Assembly: GCA_963845515.1 (NCBI GenBank)
Contig: CAWJSR010000058.1
Span: 71,503-135,502, forward strand
Origin: an uncultured delta proteobacterium
GTDB lineage: Bacteria; Myxococcota; Myxococcia; Myxococcales; Anaeromyxobacteraceae
Direction of reading: 5' to 3'
Length of the DNA stretch: 64,000 nucleotides
The first letter of the stretch is position 1. Every line of letters begins with the position of its first letter. Below are positions 53,253-62,281 of the stretch, piece after piece. The notes beneath the pieces were generated by a model, which searched no databases, was not told the DNA's origin, and saw nothing but the letters and a program-made list of their open reading frames with translations. The position numbers and the translations under genes are program-made.

Positions 53253-53423
53253 TTCGTACCTGGGACGTTGACGACACAGAGCGGCGGAGGACCTCGTGTC
53301 TTCTGCCGTTTCTCGTTTCTGTCCTCCCTGTCCTGCTTCTTCATTCGGCGCCCTAGTGCGTAACTGTAGGGATCGTCAACGAGCAGCCCGCCCCGTGCGA
53401 TGCCGTCCTGCGCAGGGCTCGGT

Positions 53424-53925
53424 TTACTGGTCAGCCGTGAAGATGACCGACCGTCCGCCGGATGCTGCTCTTCCGTAGAAGTCGACGAGTCTACTCAGCC
53501 ATGACCAGGTGTACTCGAAGTTCCTCCTCGCAGAGTTCACCCTGATACGCGGCGGCGTCGATCCGGTCGTATCCGCGCCGAAGCTCCTCACGCGTCACGG
53601 CCTTCAGCGCATCAGCCACGTCGCGGACCTGATCCGGCGTCTTGAGGCTGATGATGTAGTCCTCGCCCCCGTAGAGCGGTTCGCCTCCAAGGACCACGTG
53701 GCTGAGCGGGTAGGGGCTGCTGTCGTAGCTCAGGTCACCATCCGTCAGGGCGCGGTGGATGGCATCCCAGGCCTTGTCGGTCTCCTCACCCCGGGACGGG
53801 TCGGCCGACCACAGTCCCTCCTCGATCTCCTCCTGTACGAACTCGACGCGCTGGTCCTCGGGCGTGGCCTTCAAGGCGGCTACCTGCTCTTCGTCCAAAG
53901 CGAAGTGCACTCCCAAGCAGCTCAT
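53424..53925 (-). CDS. YfbM/DUF1877 family protein (frameshift ~53520)
   Basis: MSCLGVHFAL, DKAWDAIHRAL, VVLGGEPL, KTPDQVRDVA; corrected C-terminus FEYTWSWL..FYGRAA..VIFTADQ with TAA at 53424-53426. Confidence 0.85.
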
Positions 53926-53953
53926 CCAGCCTCCGGGGTGGAACGCCGAGAGT

Positions 53954-54643
53954 CTAGCGCACGTTACGGCTGAGGAGCGCTGTCTCCCGCCTCCTCCCTG
54001 CAGGTGACAGCACCGGCGCCCCTGCGATCTGGCGCCGAGCAGCGCGGTTGATCGACGGCAGAGGCCGGAAGAGCTTCTCCTCGGTCAGTCCCCACTTCAT
54101 CGCGTTTGCGACCACCGCCTTGAGGTGCGCCTCCAAGGCATCCCTGAGCCGTTGCCGCCCCGTGCTTCTTCGGCGATTGGCCTCCAGGCGCCTCAGTAGC
54201 TGCCGATCTGGCTGGGGACTCGCCTCGGTCGCTCCCAGCGGAGGCTCATCTCCCGCGCCGCCCCTCTCGGCGGGGACGATCTGGTCCTCGCGCAGCCCCG
54301 CCATGTAGGCGTTGGCGAACGCGACCTGGAGATTCTCGTAGAGGATGTCGTTCTCCTGCTCGAGACGCCGCCCTTTGGAGGCCTCCTCCCGAATGCGTCC
54401 ACGAAGCTGCTCCGTCGTCGTCCTCCGAGGCTCGTCATCAGGAGCGCCTTCCCTCTTCCTGAGGGTGAACGCACTTCGGATCCGTGGGTGTTTGTGGAGC
54501 GCCTGCCGCGTGTATCGCTCACCCGTTCGTTTCGCGATCGCGTCGATCAGCAGCGGCCAGGTCAGTCTTGCCCGCCAGGTGTCGAGCAGCGCGACGATCT
54601 GCTCGACGTCACCTGTCGTGATCCGCTTCGATCTCTTGGCCAT
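53954..54643 (-). CDS. GinD-like accessory protein (HTH-like + coiled coil)
   Basis: IVALLDTW..LTWPLLI..RYTRQAL..RIRSAF; fourth gene overlapping the third integrase. Confidence 0.75.
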   Translation of the reverse strand: MAKRSKRITTGDVEQIVALLDTWRARLTWPLLIDAIAKRTGERYTRQALHKHPRIRSAFTLRKREGAPDDEPRRTTTEQLRGRIREEASKGRRLEQENDILYENLQVAFANAYMAGLREDQIVPAERGGAGDEPPLGATEASPQPDRQLLRRLEANRRRSTGRQRLRDALEAHLKAVVANAMKWGLTEEKLFRPLPSINRAARRQIAGAPVLSPAGRRRETALLSRNVR

Positions 54644-56648
54644 TCGGCCTCCCCGTCAGCTCCGCCATCGCGCCCGCGCCCTCGTCGAGAAGCGCCCGTT
54701 CCTGGAGCGCCTCGCCGATCCGGGACGGCATGACCCCTCCCGCAAGCCGAACGACCGAGCCGTCCGGGATCGTCGGGTCCTCCAGTAGCTCCAGAAGGCG
54801 GGTCAACTGCTCCACCGCCTTCTGCGTGTGCTCGATCCATCGATCTGCACCGAACGCCTCCTCGCTCATGGCCTTCCGCGCTCGGACCAGCAGCGCCTGG
54901 TTGTCCGCGCGCCAGCGCTTTGCAGTGGCCGTCCGTCGCTCGTCACCCTTGATGCAGATCTGCTCTGTGCAGAACAGACAGTCTCGGTGCATCTCGCACG
55001 GCAGCGTCGCGATGTCGCGAACGCAGAAGCCCAGGTCAGTGGAGTGCGCCGTGGGGGCCAGGAGCGTGGAGAAGTCCGAACGCGGAACCGGCTCGTGCAG
55101 GACGATCGCCTCATCCGAGCCGTTCTTCCTCATCACCTTCCGCACGTGGTCGAGCTGCTCCTCGTTCGACATGTGGTTGTAGTGGATGTTCTGCCTTGGA
55201 GACCTGCCCGCCCACGCCGCCGTGTCGATCTCGGAGAGCCCGTTTCGCAAAGCCAAGTCGGTGAGGTAGTGGCGGATGGCGTGCGGCCTCAAGCGGATCG
55301 GAGTGCCGTCCTCCTCGGTCAGGCCCAGATGTTCGAAGACAGAGGAGCCGCTGTTCTTGCGGCACCCGAGGCCCGCGCGAATGTGCTGCGACGACACGCG
55401 CTCGAACATGCACCGCATCGGCGAGACGCCGGCCGCCTGAAAGAATCCTCTGGGGATCACGAACAGGGCCTCGCTGAAGGAGATCCCCACGGTCTCGTCG
55501 AACAACGGGAAGTCGTCCGGGAGAAGTGAGAGCGCATGCTGCTCGACATCCCGGAACAGGTAGTAGTTCACGTTCTTCAGCCCCTGGCGTTGGAGCTTTC
55601 CGCGCAGGGCCGAGTACCCGCGGGAACCACCGAGGATCGCATCGGCTTCAACGCTCGAAACAAACCGCTTCCGCCTGAGGCTCTCCAGCTCAGGCGGGAG
55701 ATAGAGCCGCGTCGGGTTTCTCTCGTACCAGGCAGCCATCCTCCGCGCTTCGCTGGTGATCTCCTTGATCCGCTTCAGCGCCCTCGCGGCCACCTCCTCC
55801 ATTCCCGGGACGAGCCACTTGAGCATCGGCTTGTTGCGCTTCGCCGGCCACCAGCGCAGCGCATGCCCGCGAGAGCCGCTCTCCTCGACCGAGATCACCT
55901 CAGCGTTTGCCGGAAGGGTCGCGACCTCACAACCTCTCGGATGTGATGCGAACTCCAGAGCTGCGAACGAGGCGGTGAGTTGATCGCACGGCTCGGTTGC
56001 CTTGTTGAACACGATCGGAAGAGCTTCCAGCGCCGCCCTCGTCGGGAGGCGCGCGAACTTGCGCATCCTGAAGACCGGCCCCGTGCGTGGGCCTTCTGGG
56101 GGCCGAGGAAGACTGGAGCGCCACTGGAGCGGTACAGGGACCATGAAGTTGTCGTCGAGAAACCGCGCCATTCCTTCCAGGGTAGCGGCAGTGCGGTAGG
56201 CCGCGGAGTCCCCCAGGCGATCCCGCAACCTTGCCGTCGCCTGGTCGAGATCCGCGCACGTGACGAGGTGCGCGGCCGGCGCCTTCATCCTGGACGCGAG
56301 CACATGCTCGATGCTTCGCAACGCCGTCACCCGTAATCCGACGTTGCGCACCGGCCGGAGCCCCTGCATGTAGCGGATGTACGCCTTGGCGAAGTCGACG
56401 AAAGGGGCGGCCATCGGCTCTTCGCTGAGCCGTCGTCCTTCACCGTTGCGAACGAAGTAGACGCGGTCTCTCGCGCTGGAGCCCCGCCTGCGCGTTTGCG
56501 AGGTCACGTCCCAGACCATTGAAGCGAAGTCGAGATCGGCCCCGAAGACCGTCAGGAGCCGCTTGCACAGGTCTACGAACGCGGCCACGTTTCGCTCGGC
56601 GGCGAGATTCCGCTTCGGAACGAAGGTGACGACGTCACGCTTGGTCAT
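54609..56648 (-). CDS. Tyrosine recombinase, GinC-like (679 aa)
   Basis: HPRGCEV, PAK, HAIRH, WAGR, NIHYNH; Cys cluster GFCVRD..PCEMHRDCLFC. Confidence 0.88.
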   Translation of the reverse strand: MTKRDVVTFVPKRNLAAERNVAAFVDLCKRLLTVFGADLDFASMVWDVTSQTRRRGSSARDRVYFVRNGEGRRLSEEPMAAPFVDFAKAYIRYMQGLRPVRNVGLRVTALRSIEHVLASRMKAPAAHLVTCADLDQATARLRDRLGDSAAYRTAATLEGMARFLDDNFMVPVPLQWRSSLPRPPEGPRTGPVFRMRKFARLPTRAALEALPIVFNKATEPCDQLTASFAALEFASHPRGCEVATLPANAEVISVEESGSRGHALRWWPAKRNKPMLKWLVPGMEEVAARALKRIKEITSEARRMAAWYERNPTRLYLPPELESLRRKRFVSSVEADAILGGSRGYSALRGKLQRQGLKNVNYYLFRDVEQHALSLLPDDFPLFDETVGISFSEALFVIPRGFFQAAGVSPMRCMFERVSSQHIRAGLGCRKNSGSSVFEHLGLTEEDGTPIRLRPHAIRHYLTDLALRNGLSEIDTAAWAGRSPRQNIHYNHMSNEEQLDHVRKVMRKNGSDEAIVLHEPVPRSDFSTLLAPTAHSTDLGFCVRDIATLPCEMHRDCLFCTEQICIKGDERRTATAKRWRADNQALLVRARKAMSEEAFGADRWIEHTQKAVEQLTRLLELLEDPTIPDGSVVRLAGGVMPSRIGEALQERALLDEGAGAMAELTGRPNGQEIEADHDR

Positions 56649-58163
56649 GCCGGGCCTCCTTGACGCCTTTGAGTACCCGGCAGGCCTTCACCACCTGTGC
56701 TGCTCCGATGATGGGGCGCGTCAACGCCGATGCCATCGCATCGTCGGACATGGCGAGGATTCGGTTGTATTCGTCGAGCAGTCGCTTGAGCATCGCCTCA
56801 TGCGGTCCGTCTATCCACGGGCGGAAGGAGTGGCAGGCGTAGCAAGCCACCGGCGCGGCGAAGTCGCATGTCCTTGCGGAGCCGCAGCACCCCACCGGTC
56901 TGCGCATGGAGCGATCCGCCAACGGATCCGTTATGCGGCGCGCTCCCCTGGGAATGCGGCTGATGGGCTCGCCCTGAAACGCATCTACGAGCGGCGCCAC
57001 GTCGTACGCCACCTTCTCCTTGATGCGCACGTAGAGCGCTGGGCGTAGCCCCGCGTACACCTGTACGCTCTGGCAGTCGGAGTGGTCGAGAAGTTCAGCG
57101 ATCACGCGCAGCCCATGGCCCTCGGACAAGGCCCGCGTCGCCAACGTCTCCGGAACCGGTAGGCGAACAGGCGAATGGGTTCTCCGGTGCGCTCGGAAAT
57201 CGGAGAGATCCCTTCGAGCGCGCGGCTGACCGCGCGAGCAAGCCCTCTCGAACTCCAGTGGCCCTTGAAGCCCGGCTCTTCCGCCCCTCCGCCGAACGGA
57301 TCTGGAAACATCGGAAGGCCTGACGGATCGTCGACTCCCTGGCTCAGCCGCGCCTTCACCTCATTGATGTGACACTCGATCGCCTCGCCAACCTGTGGCG
57401 GCAGTGGCCGCAGCCGCATCGCCCGGCGTGGATGGGACCGCTGCTTCGCGCGGGGCACCTGGAGCGCGAACTGCTTCACCCCGTTGTCGCCCGTCGCGAT
57501 CTCGAGGTCGCAGACCTTCATCGCCGCGAGTTGATAGGGACGCGGGCCGAGCAGGATGAAGAGAAGCGCCGCTACGTATGGGGCCAGGTCGATCTCGGCG
57601 CGAGCGAAGGCGCGGGTGAGCGCGTCGATGGTGGCGGTGAGCTCGAGGTCCGTCAGCGGGCCAGCGAGGGGATCCATCGTGGCCACCGCGACGCCCTTTG
57701 GGTTTCCTCGCAGGCGCGCGTCCATCAAGTACTTGATCGCGTCCTGCGACACTCCCGGATATCCGAGCAGCCTCCACTTCTTCAGCGTCGACGCCACGCC
57801 ACACAGAACGTACTCGTTGCGCGGCGCATCGGTCCGGAAGTTGATGAGACTTGCGGCCGTTATCTCTCGGACTGGGCGCCCATCGAGTCGTCGAGCAGCT
57901 TCGATGACGGCTTGTAGACCGAAGTAGACTCCGTGTGCGTAGCTGAACGAGCGATGGGCCGCCACCCATGCCAGCGTTGCCTTCAGTGACGGGATGAGAG
58001 ACCGATGCGCTCCGCTGAACTCCGAGAATCGGAAGATGAGGCGCCCGCCCAGCGTGCGAATGTCCCAGACGTCCGCGTGCGGATCGAACTCGATTCCGTG
58101 AGCGGACAGGATCCTCGTCCGCAGCAACCCCCGGAGGCGTTCCTGAGTGCCGCTAGTCCGCAT
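56635..58163 (-). CDS. Tyrosine recombinase, GinB-like (one-base indel ~57148)
   Basis: GPRPYQL, PRAKQR, YRFRR/TLATRA, IAELLDH, VQVY; Cys cluster GCCGSARTC..ACYACHSF. Confidence 0.85.
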
Positions 58164-59433
58164 GTGGACGCCTCATGAGGCGCTCGCCCATTTCCCGGAG
58201 CACCGCGCGCGCCTTCTCCCGCACGTGACGCTCGGTGTAGCGGTGGGACATCTGCGACTCTGGCTTCCACCCTTGGAGGAGGTTTCGCATCGCGCGCTCC
58301 TCCGCCTCTGAGAGCCCTTGCCGATCTGAGGTCTCGCTGAAGTCGTCGTTCCAGCCGTGCCTCCATCTGTGGGGGGAGAACTTCTCAGAGATGCCGAGCG
58401 CCTCGGCTACTTGGATGAAGATCTTGTCGACGCCACTCTTCGTGAGCGGGCCTCCTCGTCGCACGTCGACGAACAGAAAGGGGTGTCTTCGGGCAGCCGG
58501 GATCCGGACTCGAACGTCGAAGAGGTACCGCTCAGTGAGTTCGCCGAGGCCGTACAGCGGCTGCAGTCGTCCATCGCCCTTGACACAGGGTGATCGCCGG
58601 CGTGAATCCTCCTTGAGATCCGGGCGGCGTTCGATCCAAAGCTCGTCGCGGCCAACGTCGAGATCCGGGACGAGGACCGATAGGATCTCACCGATTCGAA
58701 GGCCGCTCTTCGAGAGCCACTCGAACAGAACGTAGTTGCGTAGGCGCGCGGCCGGGCTCTCCCAGATCCCAACGGAGATTTCGGGCGACACTGCGGCGAT
58801 GACCGTGTCGCGCACTTCCTTCGGCAGCGAACGGGGAACGCCTCGGCGCGGTCCTGGGCGCGCGATTCGCGCCTTGAGCCGCTCAAGAAACTGGTCTCTG
58901 GAGGCGGTGTAGCGTCTTCGGGCGCCCTGCTCATCCGACAACGCCCCTGCCCGCCGGTCGGTTGCCCACTTCATGAACGTGTAGATGTGGTGGAGGTGGG
59001 TAGCCGCAGTGTCCAGACCGCATCCCGCCGGAGTCTCGCCGTTCGTATGCCAGACGCGGGAGACCGCGGGAACGCGCCGTCGTGCGCTCGCGTCGACCCG
59101 ACCAACGCCGCGCAGGTCGTCGAGCCATAGGCGCGAGGCGGCATCGAGCGCGTCAGTCTCGGGTAGGCTCAGGAGTTCGCCGGACTCGATGCGATCCCAC
59201 AGGTCGATGCCGTAGCTGTCGGCGAACAGCAGCAAGCGGGACAGGGACCACAGGTACGACTCGAGTGTCCTGAACGCGAAGGACTTGGAGCGCACCTGCG
59301 TGACGACGAATACGTTGGGTGAGAACAACGGCAGGCCGGTATCCCGGCGAACCAGCACCGGGCAGCGTTCGCCCGAACCGAAGATCACCGTCTTGACCTG
59401 GTAGGGGTTCTGCTCTGGAGGTTGGGGTCCCAT
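58153..59433 (-). CDS. Tyrosine recombinase, GinA-like (426 aa)
   Basis: N-terminal SGERCPVLV..GLPLF; catalytic GLRIGE, VK, HRWRH, QGW, RY. Confidence 0.9.
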   Translation of the reverse strand: MGPQPPEQNPYQVKTVIFGSGERCPVLVRRDTGLPLFSPNVFVVTQVRSKSFAFRTLESYLWSLSRLLLFADSYGIDLWDRIESGELLSLPETDALDAASRLWLDDLRGVGRVDASARRRVPAVSRVWHTNGETPAGCGLDTAATHLHHIYTFMKWATDRRAGALSDEQGARRRYTASRDQFLERLKARIARPGPRRGVPRSLPKEVRDTVIAAVSPEISVGIWESPAARLRNYVLFEWLSKSGLRIGEILSVLVPDLDVGRDELWIERRPDLKEDSRRRSPCVKGDGRLQPLYGLGELTERYLFDVRVRIPAARRHPFLFVDVRRGGPLTKSGVDKIFIQVAEALGISEKFSPHRWRHGWNDDFSETSDRQGLSEAEERAMRNLLQGWKPESQMSHRYTERHVREKARAVLREMGERLMRRPHAD

Positions 59434-59499
59434 CCTCGAGAGTCTGCTTCGGCGGCAGGGCGGACCGCAAAATCGGCCCGGGTGCCGAAGTCAATCGTC

Positions 59500-59544
59500 T
59501 CTGCAACCGCTTCTGCAACCGCCCTTGCCACCACAAAGTGGCAA
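59500..59544. promoter_or_regulatory. Putative integrase-binding/att or operator site
   Basis: Direct repeat TCTGCAACCGC at 59500-59510 and 59512-59522; inverted repeat TTGCCAC-CACAAA-GTGGCAA at 59525-59544. Confidence 0.55.
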
Positions 59545-59754
59545 CCTATGATTTTCCCCGGCCTTTTTGAGAGCCTCCTCTAGCCGCGCTGTCCTGCCGC
59601 ACCCGTTACGGGGACCCCCACGTCCCTGCGCTTCAGGGCGCCTGCGGCGCGGGCGCGGACGCACGCCCTGGCCTGTCGCCGCTCCGATGACAGTTGCTGG
59701 CTTCCCAGTCGTGGCGCACGCATATCTCGACGCACGAAGCCTCGCGCTGCACGC

Positions 59755-60369
59755 CTACTGGCGGCCCGGAATGTCGAAGCGCGCCCACGGCGACGCCAGC
59801 GCGCCCGCCTTGACCGTTTCCAGGTAGTCCCTGATCTGCTTCATCGTCTCCCTCTTGTCGCTCGTCAGGAGATCCAGGTGGTCGTCGACCAGCGGGTTCC
59901 ACTCGATGGCTATGGGCGGTGAAGGCCACAGGCTCCCGGTGGTCCTCGTCTCGAACCTTGCGACGCCGTAGCGGCGCATGAGCTCCAACAGGCTGAGTCC
60001 GACGAAGCTCTGGACGCAGTCTTCCAGCGCCTCCGCGGCTATCGCGAGCGTGTTGTCGGGCGATGCGTGCCACTGCGCAAGGTGAGTCAGGACGAGAGCC
60101 ACCACCCCGGAGGACGGCGCCGGCTCTCCCGCCCTGAGCCGCCCATCGACCTCGAAGTTGTCCGGCCACGCATGCAGCAGGAACTCCACCGGGATCATCG
60201 CGAGGTACTCGGCCAACGACATAGGCCTCTGCACGCGCTCTCCCTCGGCCAACAGCCAGTCGACGACCTTCTTCGTGAACTCCGACTCGTTCACCCTCAG
60301 CTCCCGGACAAGGCACTTCAAAGCGCGGACCAGAGCGCGCTCCGCTCGGCTGTTCGCTATAGCGAACAT
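59755..60369 (-). CDS. Hypothetical protein (204 aa)
   Basis: ORF with globular-protein composition, divergent from the XRE gene; no family recognised. Confidence 0.6.
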   Translation of the reverse strand: MFAIANSRAERALVRALKCLVRELRVNESEFTKKVVDWLLAEGERVQRPMSLAEYLAMIPVEFLLHAWPDNFEVDGRLRAGEPAPSSGVVALVLTHLAQWHASPDNTLAIAAEALEDCVQSFVGLSLLELMRRYGVARFETRTTGSLWPSPPIAIEWNPLVDDHLDLLTSDKRETMKQIRDYLETVKAGALASPWARFDIPGRQ

Positions 60370-60419
60370 ACCAGTACCCGGAACCTCCTACGGTCATGGC
60401 GCCCCTCGGAAGGGGCCCC

Positions 60420-60626
60420 ATGGACGCCGCCCACCGGAAGGTCACGACCCACATTCGCGCTCTGGCGCGGAAGAAGCGCTGGTCCGCCAACCAGGTGGCC
60501 GACTTCGCGGGCGTCAGCCGCGGTTACCTGTCCGAGGTGCTGTCGGGTCGCAAGTCCCCCTCGCTTCGAACGCTGGTGAAGATCGCTGCGGCGCTCGAGG
60601 TGGAGGTGAGGGACCTGGTCGAGTGA
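60420..60626 (+). CDS. XRE/Cro-family HTH regulator
   Basis: IRALARKKRWSANQVADFAGVSRGYLSEVLSGRKSPSLRTLVKIAAALEV. Confidence 0.88.
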   Translation: MDAAHRKVTTHIRALARKKRWSANQVADFAGVSRGYLSEVLSGRKSPSLRTLVKIAAALEVEVRDLVE

Positions 60627-60875
60627 CCCGAGGTCACGAGCTGGCCGGAAGTCGAGCGGGTGGTCGCGTTCAGGGCGGCAGCGACGTCCCGCCTCCGCGC
60701 CGTTGGCGCGGAGGCTAGCACCCCGACCGGATCCATTCGCAAGACCCGAGCTGGCCCCAAGAACGGCCTCCTCCAGGCCGACGAGGTGGAGGTGTGACGA
60801 CCACCCACCTCTAGGAGCGCCGGTCTGCGGCGCCTCGTAACCGAGAAGCCGGAGATGCGGACAGCCCCGCGCTCG

Positions 60876-61420
60876 TTACCCCTCCAAGAACTGCGTCCGA
60901 AAGTTCGCGAGCGCCTCAGCATGCTCGGCGAAGAGACCGTCGTCGCGCGACAGCGCTTCAGCCCATTCGCCTCCGTGCGCGGGCCGAAGGAGACGCGCGC
61001 GACGTGCTGAAAGGTTGGGCCGGAGAAGGAAGTTGACGGTCAAGAACGTGCCGCCATACGAGAGCACGAACTCAATGACTCGGAGCACCTTCTCGGGATT
61101 GCGACTCAGAAACTTGAAGGAGGGAACGAAGAAGACCCTGATTTCGCCGCGAGCAAGCCTCTCCAGGGCGCCGGCCAGGTGCGGGTCGATGCTCGGCTCC
61201 ATCCCGTTGAGCACGACGCGCCCCTCCTCCTTGCGCCGGATGTTGGGGAGGTCACACCGCTCTCCGGTGGGCCAGACTTCGTGTGAGTGGGTCCCGCCAT
61301 CTTCGAGGCGAGCGAGTTCCCCAAAGGCTCGCCAGGTCGCCGGGAATCGCCTTGAAAGCTCGCTCCAGAATGGCGAGGACGGCGTCGCATCAGACGCAAG
61401 CGCCTCCAGCCCGACGCGGC
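60876..61420 (-). pseudogene. 3' part of a gene with a resolvase-like domain, cut by IS21
   Basis: Frame open from the IS end at 61420 to stop 60876; LERLARGEIRVFFVPSFKFLSRNPEKVLRVIEFVLSYGGTF resembles the serine-recombinase fold. Confidence 0.6.
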
Positions 61421-61496
61421 TGTCGGTTTGCAGAGGGATGGGACCCCGCCGTTGCAGAAGTATTCCCCCCGGCGGTCCGCATCGGCGTGACGTCCG

Positions 61497-62281
61497 CTAC
61501 TTCGCCTTCTTCTCGGTCTTCTGTCCAGCCTTCTGCCCGGGCTTGAGCCTGGCGCGGTACGAGGGGCCCTCGATGACGAGGTCGTAGGCGTTCGAGGTGA
61601 AGCGGTCGACGGCGGCCTGCGCGCGCACGGGGTCGGCGAAGGTGGCGAGCCACTCGTCGGGGCCGCGGTTGGAGGTGACGATCATCGAGCCGGCGCGGTG
61701 ACGCTCGTAGATGATCTCGTGGGCGTCGCGGCTCTCCTGCGCGTCCATCGCGTCGAGGGCGAAGTCGTCGATGATGAGCAGGTCGACGGCGAGCAGGCGC
61801 GCGCATCTCCTTCTCGTGGGTCTGGGTGAGGCGCGCGTGCCGGAGGTTCTTGAGCATCTGGTCGGCGCCGAGCGCGAGGACGGAGTAGCCGCGGCGGCAG
61901 GCGACGTGGCCGATCGCGTGGGCGAGGAAGGTCTTCCCCACGCCCACGCTGCCGACGATGGCGACGTGGTGGTGCGCCTCGATGAAGCGCAGCGAGGCGA
62001 GCTCGTTGAGAAGCGTCCGGTCGAACTCGGCCTTCGTCGTCTCGTCCCAGCGTTCGAGCTGGCAGTCGGGCTGAAGGAGGGCCCGCTGGGCGCGGAGGGT
62101 GGTGGCCTGGCCGTCGCGCCGCTGGGCTTCGTCGGAGAGGGAGAGCAGCAGGAAGTCCTGGTGGGGCATCTTCTGCTGGCGCGCGAGGGAGAAGCGCTCG
62201 GGCAGCGTGTCGAGCATCTTCGAGAGCTTGAGGCGGCGGAGCACGGTCTTCAACTCCGGCGAGATCGACTTCTGGGTTCAC
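61497..62281 (-). CDS. istB: IS21 helper ATPase IstB (indels ~62270, ~61800)
   Basis: Walker A GSVGVGKT, Walker B LLIIDD, IVTSNR, AAVDRF. Confidence 0.92.

Larger units (their letters stand above)
53253..59560 (-). mobile_element. GInt-like integrative element core (three tyrosine recombinases + GinD-like protein); boundaries approximate
   Basis: Four overlapping co-oriented genes; composition shift starting after the ssb stop; att-like repeats at 59500-59544. Confidence 0.75.

Noticed and set aside
53253..53420. Matching att repeat between the ssb 3' end and 59500-59600
   Set aside because: Only a 9-mer (CTGTCCTGC) is shared, which is not enough to define attL/attR.
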